Below, piece after piece: positions 30,351-40,854 of a stretch of DNA of 45,830 bases (position 1 is its first letter; every line of letters begins with the position of its first letter). Made by a program: the position numbers and the translations under genes. Location: contig NC_068992.1 in NCBI RefSeq assembly GCF_001194135.2, positions 37,898,097 to 37,943,926 of the forward strand, given 5' to 3'. The notes beneath the pieces were generated by a model. That model was given only the letters and a program-made list of their open reading frames with translations, had not been told where the DNA came from and did not search any database. Source of the stretch: Octopus bimaculoides. Taxonomy: Eukaryota.

Positions 30351-31632
30351 CAAAGGAGAGTCAAAAATTATACGCACTCTTGTTTTTCAATGTATTTACA
30401 CAAAAGCAGTGGATAAACAAGTACATAATTTTTCTATATAGTTTCCTTCCTTTTTGATGCACTTGGTCCAGTGGTCCACAAGCTTGTGTATTCCCTCCAA
30501 GAGGGTTTTCGGTTGGTTGTGCAACCATTTATGCACTGCTTCCTTTACATTTTCATCCGTAGTAAATTGACGACCTCATAAACCATCTTTGAATGATCCA
30601 AGGATATGATAGGCGGAAGGAGCAAGATCCAAGCTGTAGGAAGGGTGTTCCAACACCTCAAAACCCAATTGGTTAATGGCTTAACTGGTCTAGGCAGCCG
30701 CATAGGGGTATGCATAATCATGCAACAACAAAACTTTCTTCGACAACAGGTTTGGGCATTTGGTGTGAATTGCTGGCTTCAGTTTGTTGCCAGCAAAGCA
30801 CTGTATTTTGCACTGTTGATTGTACACCCCTTTTCCAGGTAATCTTCCAGTATAGGCCCTTTTGAGTCCCCAAAAAAGATTAGCGTCACCTTTCCTGCAG
30901 AAGACTGAGTCTTGAATTTCTTTGTCGCTGGCAAGCCAGGATGTTTTCATTCCTTACTCTGTCTTTTGGATTCTGCCTCATAATGATGGACCTACATTTC
31001 ATCTCCTGTGACTATTCTGCTCAAAAATTCCTTGCCCTCATTGTTGTTGCGATTGAGTAAGTGTTGGCAGACCTCAAGACATTTGCATTTGTGCTCTGAA
31101 GTAAGCTCTCTTGGCGCCCATCTTGCATAGACTTTATGGAAGCCGAGCTCATCATGGATGATTTGATAGGCAGAACTATGACTAATCTGCAGAGAATGAG
31201 CTACCTCATCAATGATAATTTTCCGGTTTGCCATTACCATCTGTCAAGCTTGCTGAACCTTTTTGTCAGTGGTGGAAGTTGACGAGTGTCCTGCTCCCTC
31301 TTCGTGTGTCATGCTTGTCCGGCCACTTTTAAACTTCTTGATCCACTCATACACACTTCTACGTGGTAGTACACTGTCCTTGTACTGTGCTAAAAGCCTC
31401 CAATGAATTTCAGCACCTGACACACCTTCTGACCAGAGAAATCGGATCACTGCTCTTTGTCCTTCTTTGGTGAACATTACTAGTGGCATGGCTTTACTTA
31501 CATTATAAAGCCATAAAGAAAAATGGCATAATCAAGCTCAAACCAACTATAAGCACTTATGCGCAGAAGGCAGTGTGACAATAATAAAGATATGTTATAG
31601 CAAAAGTGCAGATAATTTTTGACTTCCCCTCA
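30351..31632 (-). mobile_element. Complete mariner transposon (1282 bp) with inactivated transposase, irritans-like
   Basis: TIRs caaaggagagtcaaaaattatacgcact / agtgcagataatttttgacttcccctca, TA on both sides. QRAVIRFL, WAPREL, TGDE, LHDYAYPY, YSLDLAPSAYH (third catalytic D changed to A); frameshifts. Confidence 0.95.
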
Positions 31633-31634
31633 TA

Positions 31635-34600
31635 TAATCCTCAATAGGGAGGAGACTTTGAGGGCAGCTCATGGAAAAACCCTATAAAACCATAGGTGCC
31701 CAGACTTCTGGGGCAGGTGATTGTTCTCATTTCTTTTTCTCCAATTACAGATGGATGCTCAGGACAGGCCTATTCACTTCTACCTCGCCATTCTCATCCA
31801 CCTTTCAGCAAACTGGCTAGAAGGCAACACTTCCCTCTCTACCCTTATTTTCCTCTTCAAGTGAAACTTGAAGAAGTTGATCAGGGATTGACCAAAAAGA
31901 AAAGTGTTTGTCTTCAGTCCCCTTAGTCTTGTCCACCATGGCAACAGGCATATAAAGACAGCCTGCCCTTCCCGGTTAAACGAAGGAAGTGGGACAATCT
32001 TCACAATGGATTCAGCTGACAGCCAGATATGTCCCACACATGATAGCAGGTGTTCGACATAAACCCACAGGTCAGCAATGCTCAGGCACTGGACAAGTGC
32101 ATGCAAGATGGTTTTGCTATCCTGCACACATCTTGGACATGCTTGACTGACAGCATTTCTGTGCTTGTATAATTTATCTTGAACAGGCAACACTCCCTGG
32201 TAGCACTGCTAGGCCAGAGATTTTTAGAAGTTATTCATTGTTCCTGGGCCAAATATTCCCTGGAAAAGAGTGGCAAACTGATCTTTGGCAGCCAAGGGTC
32301 TCCCCAACAATGTCATCATACTTTCTTTCCACTAATCCTCTATAGAAAGCTAAAGTGGATGTTTTCACCTATCACAATGTCCAAGTGGCTGAGGGCTGGG
32401 AGCACTTGAAGACATTCCACTTTCCAAATGCCTTCTCTCAGTCTCTTTTTGACCCAGGACTGCAGCTCCATTATTGAGACCAGCTGGGGAAATATGTCTG
32501 GTGAATGGCGACCACACTTGTTCACCATCAAAGAAGCACTGAAGATGTAGCCTTAGCGCATATTTGTGCATCATCAACCATGGCATTCCCAGTCCACCAT
32601 GCAGTGGGTGTTGACAGCAGATAGACTGCCTGACCACCAGGATGCGTCTTTTCCACAATGATGGTCAAGTGGTAGTAGATGACAGACGTGATGTACGTAC
32701 ATGTTAGCCATCTCTGCCCGACCTTTCAGAGGTAGCTTCCTCTCGGCCCATTTCTGGGTGAGAGTAGTCACTCTGCTCATTACCTCATCCCAGTTTTTGT
32801 CCATCTGGAGGTCTGGACCAAACTAGACCCAAAGCAATTTAACCAGTCTGTCTATCCAGTGCTCAACGACACAGATGGACAGGAGGGGCTTGCTTCTCCA
32901 GGTGCTGAGGCGTAAACCCACTGACTTTTCCTGGTTAATGTTTGCTCCTGGTCCACCTCATAGTCCCTGAGAGTGGTGCCAATCATTTTGATGTGTTTAT
33001 TTTCTGACACCACTATGTTGATGTCATCAGCATATGCCAACACACATCTCTCACATCCTAGGTCATGCAGGATGCCCCTCAATGTCTCCATCTTATGTAG
33101 TAGTGGCTCGAGAGTCAGTATATACAAGAGGGACAAGAGGGGGAAAAGGGGGAAGCCTTGGCAAACTGAGCACATGATGTTGAATGGTTCTGAGACATGA
33201 CCATTCACTCAGACCATTGAACAGATGTCGCTGTGCATTGAAGTGATCCAGCTCTGAATACAGGCCCAAAACTGGTTGCCTCGACGACTACCACTAAGTA
33301 TAGATGGTTGACCCCATCAAAAGCTTTAGACTGATCTAAATTGATCAGGACCCCACCTGTGCCAGGTTTTTTTAGCCACTTTCACTATGATGTATTGCAT
33401 GAGGTGGATCTTTATGGGATGTGCAGGTCTGTGTCTCCCCTCCCAGATCACCGACAAGTGCCAACCTTGTAGCTAATACCTTGGCCAAAATTTGGAATTT
33501 TGCATTCAGCAGAGTTATGGGCCTAACGTTATCTATACAGTACCCCTTGTTCAGATTTTTTCTCAGCAATGCCACTGCTCCTCAGCTCACAAAAGTTGGA
33601 ATTCTCCTATTCTGTTGCCAGTTGCAGTAAATGTTCGCTAAGAAATCACCGAACAAGTCTGGCATGTAAGCGTAAAGCTCGTAGGGAAGACCATCCAAAC
33701 CAGGCAATTTACCCCTCATGCAGCTAACCATTGCTTCTCATATTTCAAAGGCTGTTATTGACCTTTTGCAGCACTCCGCCTCTGATGCTGAGAGCCATGG
33801 CAGTCTGCCATGGTGGGAAGTGAAGTCCATCCTGTGATCTGGCTCACCACTATTCCTGAATATTTGAGTGAAGTGCTGCTGAAAAGCCTCCCACATCTAC
33901 TTTAGTTGTTGTGAGCCAGTAAGGATTGGACCATAGATTTACTGTCATGCCGTGCCTTGGCTATTCAGGCCCATTGAATGGAGTTTATCCCTTCATGTCT
34001 AAGAGCATACACCTTAGCTCTGACAATGAAATCTTTGTGTTTCGTGTTGAAGAATTGGTTGCATGTCAATCTTGCTGTGAGCACATTGGTTGTGATGTGT
34101 TTTTTAAAAGCCTCATCATACTTTCTCATTATCCTTGCCTCTACTGTTTCTTTCTACTGCTAGTCCTTTGCTAAACCTTATTGATTCTATTCTCATCATC
34201 CTTTCCAAGGTGGACCACCATTTATTGTTGATGATTGTCCCCATCAACATCCACTTATCTAGTCCACTAATCTGGTCTCTGAAATCTTTGTGTGCCAGCA
34301 ATGATGTGTTCAGCTCCAGTAACCGGGCTCCTGTCTATGAAGCTTATCTAAGTTAACTGTACAGATCATCAATTTGTGGTCTGTGTCTACTTTGAATTAT
34401 GGACAACCTATGCTATCCTTATCAGTTGCTCTTCAGAATACTCTATCTAAATACAATCTGGATAACCTGGTGTAGTTTGACCAGGTCCACACTGGCATAT
34501 CAGGGAAATCCAATCAATACCTGACAGACAGTTGGAATCATCTGAGCAGGTTTGTGAGGCTTTTGCACCCGCTTCTTCTGTCTGCTAAAGCCACGCAGTC

Positions 34601-36700
34601 CCACTGTACATCTAAGACATCATTCCAATCTCCCACTAACACTAAAGAGCAGGACATCCCCAGAAAAGTTTACAAACACCTGAAGAAATCTGGTTGCCCT
34701 GCCCCTGTTGGGGTATAGATGGTAACTGGCCTGAAAGTGTGTCCTTCACTGACAGTCATATCCAGCACTACCAACTTACCTTCCGGATCCAGGAAAATTG
34801 TCCATATTGCAAGATCCACATCTTTACAAACTATCACAGCGACTCTACCTCCTGCTCCTGGACAACTTGCAGATATGTACACCACATAGTTACTGAAAAT
34901 GGATTAGATGTCCTGTGAGTCACAAATTCTGGTTTTACTAATAGCCACTACATCGGCATTCAGTGCCCTGAGGTCGTTGAACAGATGACCTCACTTCCAG
35001 TGTGACCCCAGGCCATGTGCTTATTTTGTGCCCAACCATGTTGGAAAAAGAAAAGGAAAGAAAAAGAAAACTTACTTGGTTTTGTTTGGAGGGGCAGTTT
35101 GTCCATTCCTCCTGTTGGATTGGAGTGTTTCCACCAGTAAATCACCAAGTACTCTCTTGGTGATGTTCCATTGAAAATCCCTGATTTCCAGTGGAAATTT
35201 GGTTTTTAGGCATGTATGTGTTTTGTGTCGTTTGAACGATTTGTATGTGTGTAGGTAGTGAGATTGTGGGTGCAACAAAATTTGTCTTTGCTATATTGGT
35301 GTGTGTTTTTATGTAATTCATAAAATCTTTGTTTTTTTTGTGCTTATTGCCATGTAGTTTGTATTGCTAGTTTCTTTACTTTGTATTTGCTGCTGTTGCT
35401 GTTGTTGTTGTAGAATGGGTTGTGCTTGTGATGTTGCTGGTTGAAGTACTATTTCAGGTGTTTGTGGTAGTGGTGGTGATGTGTCTGTTTTGGGTGTATT
35501 TAGCTTTGTAGCTTTAATTTTTTTCCTCTCCATTGTGTGTGAGGATGAGGATTCTTCTTTGTTTGTGGAATTGTCTTTCTTCTTGTCTTTTTGTCATCTT
35601 TTGGTTTTAGTTTTCTACTCCTTGTCCCAATCAAACTCTTCACATGTGATGTCTGCCTGCTTGGTATCTGGAAGTGGAATATTTTCTGGAGCTGAGAAGT
35701 GTCTGGAGGAATTTGGTATTGTTATAGTAGGTATTGGTGCTGCCTTGGTTGATGTTGTTGATGGTGATGGTGTTGTTGTTGTTGTTGTTTGAATTTGGTG
35801 GCTGTTGCTGGTGTTGGGAGGAAAGGTGTCTTTTCTTTTTCTTGCAATTTAGGGCAGAAAGCTTTTAGGTGAGTGGTTGAAAGGCATATGTAACACTTTG
35901 CTTTCCTTCCATCCACTCTGACTGGAATGATAATGCCTCCAGGAAGATGAATCTGGTCTGGGATGGCATCCACATTCTTTTGACTGGTCTGTATGAGGAC
36001 CTCCACTGTCATCCCTGACCAGTACTCCATTTTGGACTGATAGAGTTTGCCTCAATACCTATTGTGACCAACGGAATTAGCCAAAGAAGGGTTATTTCTG
36101 GTGGCACCAGCTGTATAATTATCTTTGCCAATCTCTGGCCGCAGTAAAAGAGATCTGACAACAGCTTCTCGCTTTTGAGGGGTTTGAGAAAGTGAGATTT
36201 AGCTTCCTCCTCAGTATGGGATCTCACCTCCACTATCCTGTAGCCCCTTCCTCTTAGAATGTATTCTTTTAGGTTCCAAATAGAAACTAAAGCTTTTTGG
36301 ATTTGAGCCTCAGTGGCTCTTTCCACACTCCTTGATTTTAATCCAATTGTACAGTATATCACTGTGTGACATATCATATTTTGGATAATGTTAATGGGTA
36401 TGTTTAGCGTGACAGCCAGCCCATCTCACTTGACTAGCTGTCGGGAATTTCTGACTTCCTCTTTCAGAGAATTTTATTATCTGAAGAGAGGACTTAGTGG
36501 CACCAGCAAAAGAAAGTCTAGTGCTATTCCAAGCCATTGCACCAGCTTGCTACTCAGTTCCCTTGTTGTTATTGTTGTTGTTTTGTTCATGTATTGACAC
36601 CGTCTGTTGATTCACACACGAAAGAGCCTTCATTGTTTATATTTTCATAGGTATCATCTCACTCTCCCTCTGTCTGTTATGCTTGCAAAATAATGTTGTT
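31635..36700 (-). mobile_element. Near full-length decayed L1/Tx1-clade LINE (ORF1 gag knuckle, ORF2 APE-RT-CCHC); its 3' end probably continues at 30188-30348 beyond the mariner
   Basis: ORF1 CYICLSTTHLKAFCP plus Q/T/K-rich tail. ORF2 DPEGKLVVLD...IYTP, RPITLLNAKFQILAKVLATRL, DQSKAFD, QGFPLFP, YADD, CPRC...HALVQC. Confidence 0.9.
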
Positions 36701-37189
36701 TTTTGAAAGATCCTTTCAGATTTTTCTCGAAAAAATTGGCTCTGTTGTCATTTTTTTGCCTGTAATTGACAGAAACAAACTTGTCATCTGTTTTTCAAGA
36801 TAGGGCACCATAGTGCATTGCGCTCACACCCTCTCGTATTGTCATTTGGTGATGCTCCTCACTCTCACATATGAGCATCACTGCATTCAGTGTAGTTTCC
36901 TCCATTTAGATGGGGAAAATGCAAAGAATTTTTAACAGAAAATTAATTCAATTGACCAGACCCACCAAACTGGGGGACAAAACAGGAAAAGAGACTCACC
37001 AATCAACAGCAATCAACTTGTTGCCCATGATGGTATCAATTTCAAGGTTGTAAATACATGTATTATGTGCTCTTCCTTACAAAATCCTCAGAACAAAGTC
37101 AAGCATAGCTTGCCAAACTGGCGGCAGCAGTGGCGACGGCAGCAGTGGCGATGACAGCAGCAACAACAACAACAACAACATTATTTAAT

Positions 37190-37670
37190 AATAATGGTTT
37201 CAAATTTTGCCACAAGGGCAGCAATTTTGGGGGAGGGGATGAGCTGATTACTTTAACCCTAATGTTTCACTGGTACTTAATTTATCGACCCTGAAAGGAT
37301 GACAAGCAAAGTCGACTTCGGCGGAATTTGAACTCAGACTGTAGTGACAGACTAAATACTACTAAGCATTGGCGTGCAAGACTGGTACTTTGTTTTATTG
37401 ATTTAAAAAGGATGAAGAAAAAGTTGACATCACGCAAAATGAAATACTGTTAGATATTTTGTTTGCTGATTTACCACTACTAGCATTCAGCATCCTTAAT
37501 GATTTCTAACATTAGCACAAGGCTATACATTTTTAGTGTAAACAATCAAATCAATTCCACTACTTCACTGGTACTTATTTTATTGATCCTGTAATGCAGA
37601 AAGGCAAAGTCAACCTGGTAGGTTAACTCTCAAAACATAAAAGGATGTAACTAAATACTGGCATTCTGCT
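37190..37670 (-). mobile_element. Three adjacent same-orientation tRNA-SINE copies of decreasing integrity
   Basis: B box GAGTTCAAATTCC at about 37323-37335. The block ctggtact..tttat(c/t)ga...aggatga...aaagt(c/t)gac recurs at about 37270, 37382 and 37568. Confidence 0.75.
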
Positions 37671-38049
37671 GATTTTGTTGTATCAAAACAAACATTACAA
37701 AATGCCAATATAAAATTAATGCAAAAACAGAAATGGGGGTCTCAAAGGAAAATACAGCCAGTTTTTTTTAGAAGGATACAGTTGAGTGAATCTCCCAGTT
37801 AATTTTGAAACAAAGTTAAGTGAGATTTGATCTCAAAAAATGTTTAATGTTGATCTACATAAGTTCTAGTTTACTACTTTCTTGGTTAACTCCATTGCCC
37901 AAATGATAATGATTCATTTTGAATAGAAATAAAGCCTGTTTGTAAGGGCTGGGAGCATGATTAATTGAGTCACTTCCCACCAGTATTTATGTGCCAGCTC
38001 CTGATCCATTGCCTTCATTTCCAACAAGTCAATACGATAGAAACATCTG

Positions 38050-38250
38050 TAAACAACCCTCTTCGAATTCACTTTTAGTCCAGTATGGTTTCCATAAAGC
38101 TAGATCTATCAGAGATTTGCTTTTCTACATCATGTAAGAGAGGTCCCAGTATTGTGATTCTTTGTTTTAGTTAAGTCTTCTACTGCATTTTGCACGACAG
38201 TCGTTCAGAAACATTACCTATTTATGGTTCTATCCATGTCTCATCTGCTG
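38050..38250 (+). mobile_element. Old CR1/Jockey-like RT remnant
   Basis: QYGFHKARSIRDLLFY motif. Confidence 0.45.
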
Positions 38251-38781
38251 ACTCTTTCTGTTAGATTGCTCTATTGCAGTATACTCTTTCTATCAACTTT
38301 GGTAAATTCCGAAGTTCTTTTATGACTTTTGTAAATTAATAAATTTTGTGTCATCACTTCTAACTAAACACATTCCTCAGCAAATTATGCCACCTTTTCC
38401 TTCTTTTTAACCATCCATACAACCAAGATATCTCATAATAGACTTCCACCAATAGTTTTCAGAATCACCAACTCAGGAATTACTACATGTATCATGGAAA
38501 CTGTTTTGTACCATACCTTTCACATTTCTGAATAACAGAGCTTAACTCTTCTCAAACATGCAACAAATGCTAGATGCTAATCCTTGATGAACTTTCATAG
38601 TATCCACTGATTTGTAATATTGCAAAAACTGCATCCTAATTCATCACTTGTTAAGGTTATCTACAGATATTCTATGGAAATTATAGCTAGCACTGACTTT
38701 TGTTACGGCATTTCGTATCCAAGACGTCAGATGTAAACAAATGAGATTGAAGATGAAAAATGGGTAATGAGTGTATATGCA

Positions 38782-39140
38782 CCCATCTAACCTATTAATC
38801 ATCCACGACTACATTGCTTAAATAACCACTAAATACAGTGGTGTAACGTTATTGAATATACCAATTTTACATATTAAACACATTCCTGGAAGCTGGTACA
38901 TAAATATTAATGACTTGTAGGGACATGGTATTTCATTATGCAACCATTATACACTATGAAGTATATTAAACATTTTTTAAAGTCAATACCGTGTTTAGTA
39001 TGTAAAATTGGTTTATCCAATAATACATAAAATTGGTTTATCCAATAATACATAAAATTGGTTTATCTAATAATACAATGTGTTCTTGGATGATTAATGG
39101 GTTAGATGGGAGCTGATGAAGGAGCAAAAACTCACGAAAT
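38782..39140 (+). repeat. Inverted-repeat element with an internal 3x25-bp tandem and a weak hammerhead core remnant
   Basis: 38782-38880 is inverted at 38992-39110. aaaattggtttatccaataatacat occurs 3 times (39004, 39029, 39054). CTGATGA ag GAG caaaaa CTC ac GAAA at 39113-39139. Confidence 0.55.
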
Positions 39141-40017
39141 ATGGCATAGACCAACTCTTATGACATGTCTGTCATCAAACACTCATTGAAACCTTCTTTT
39201 CAGATGTTGAATAATATCCCCCTTCTCATGTCCCTTTCCAAGTTTTCAGAGTTGGTACAGTCAATGTAGGCATATTGAAAGGTAGGTCTGGTAAGATTGT
39301 TGAGATGCTTGAACAGAGGCATGTTGATTCATGTTGCATTCAGGAGGTAAGGTGGAGGGGAGCTTCAGTCAGGTTCCTCACAGGAAAGACACATACGTAT
39401 AAACTCTTCTGGGAAGGTAACAGTTATGGGGTAGGTGGTGTGGGCATCTTGCAAAGAAATGGATTGATAAGGTCATAGAAGTAGCCAGAGTGTGTAATAG
39501 AGTACTTAAGCTAAGGTTAGTTTTGCTGAATAGTACAATGACAATTATCACTGCTTATGCCCCACACACAGGTCTACCAAATGAACAAAAGGACTGTTTT
39601 TATGATATCCTTCTGCAGGCTACCTCAAAGACAAATGACAATGAATTCATCTTCATGTCTGGTGATTTCAATGGACATGTCGAGCAGCAGCCAGATATCT
39701 TCCATAGTGTATGTGGGGGCCATGAAATTGGTTCTCGAAAGGAAGAGGGAACAAGGGTACTGGAGTTCTGTGATGTGAAGAACATATCGATTTGCAACAC
39801 CAACTTCAGAAAGCTAGACATCCACTTGACAGCCTATCAATTGGGTGACCACGCTAGCTAGATTGATTACATTCTGACCAATCAGCAACATAGCTGCTCT
39901 TAAATGCAAAGACCTTCCTTGGTGAAGAATGTGCTCCTCACCATAGACTAGTCATTAGTGACTTTAGACTTCAGGCCAGAACACCAAGAAGAACGCCAAG
40001 AAGAATGCCAACAGACA

Positions 40018-40147
40018 ATTCCCACATGGCCTCAGGCTCAACACGGAGGCCTACATCAAGCACCTGAAGGAGGTTGTACTGCCCTGGGTCAAGAGGGTGG
40101 CTTCTGGAACACCCTATGTCCTGCAATAGGACTCAGCACCATGCCAC
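40018..40147 (+). mobile_element. Isolated Tc1/mariner (maT-like) transposase fragment embedded in the LINE
   Basis: FPHGLRLNTEAYIKHLKEVVLPWVKRVASGTPYVLQ*DSAPCH, covering the second catalytic D region (QQDSAPCH type). Confidence 0.75.
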
Positions 40148-40746
40148 CCAATTGTGCTGTCATCTGTTGGCCAACTGTCTGTCGACAAATTGTCCGTCTA
40201 CCAAGAAGACCGATCTGGAAGCTTAAGGATCCTCAATATAGTCAGAGATTCAGAAACACCCTATTTGAGAAATTTGACAAGGAGGAGGAACTACAGGCTT
40301 GTAACATAGAGGATAATTGGGAATTCCTATGGGGCAGCTTGCTGAGTGCTACAGACCAAGTTTGTGGCTAATGCAAAGTCCCATCCAGACTGAGGGTGAT
40401 ATGGTGGTGGAATGATGCTGTAGACAAGGCCATTAGAGCAAAGAAACTGGCCTGGAAGGACTAGAAGTGTGGGGGTAGCTGGGAACTGTATCAGATAGCC
40501 AGAAAGGAAGCTAGAAGGCAGGTATATTTAGTCAGGGAAGTAGCAGAAAAGATGTTTGCCAATGTTCTGCAATATGAGGACCAGAGACTTGAAGTGTTTC
40601 AGATTGAAAGATAGTGTGTGTGAGAGAAAATTGTGATGTCATAGGAGAGAAATGTGTCCACATGGATGATGGTTCACTTGCATTTAAAGATTTCACAAAG
40701 AAAGAGGCTTGGAAATGCCATTATGAAAGGCTGTTAAACCGAGGGA

Positions 40747-40854
40747 CTATCTTCATATCCTTAATTGCTTTATGTGTGAAGCTACTGTCAATTCAGATAG
40801 CTATCTGAATTGACAGTAGCTTTATACATAAAGCAATTAAGGATATGAAGATAG
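40747..40854. repeat. 108-bp spacerless palindrome (54-bp arms, 52/54 paired)
   Basis: Checked base by base from the centre 40800|40801; mismatches only at 40778/40823 and 40776/40825. Confidence 0.97.

Noticed and set aside
35318-35792. Glutamine/histidine-rich ORFs suggesting a transcription factor
   Set aside because: They are the low-complexity tail of the Tx1-like ORF1 downstream of its zinc knuckle.
36994-37075. USP32- or lipase-like peptide GNKLIAVDW as an exon of another gene
   Set aside because: A single short motif with no companion exons.
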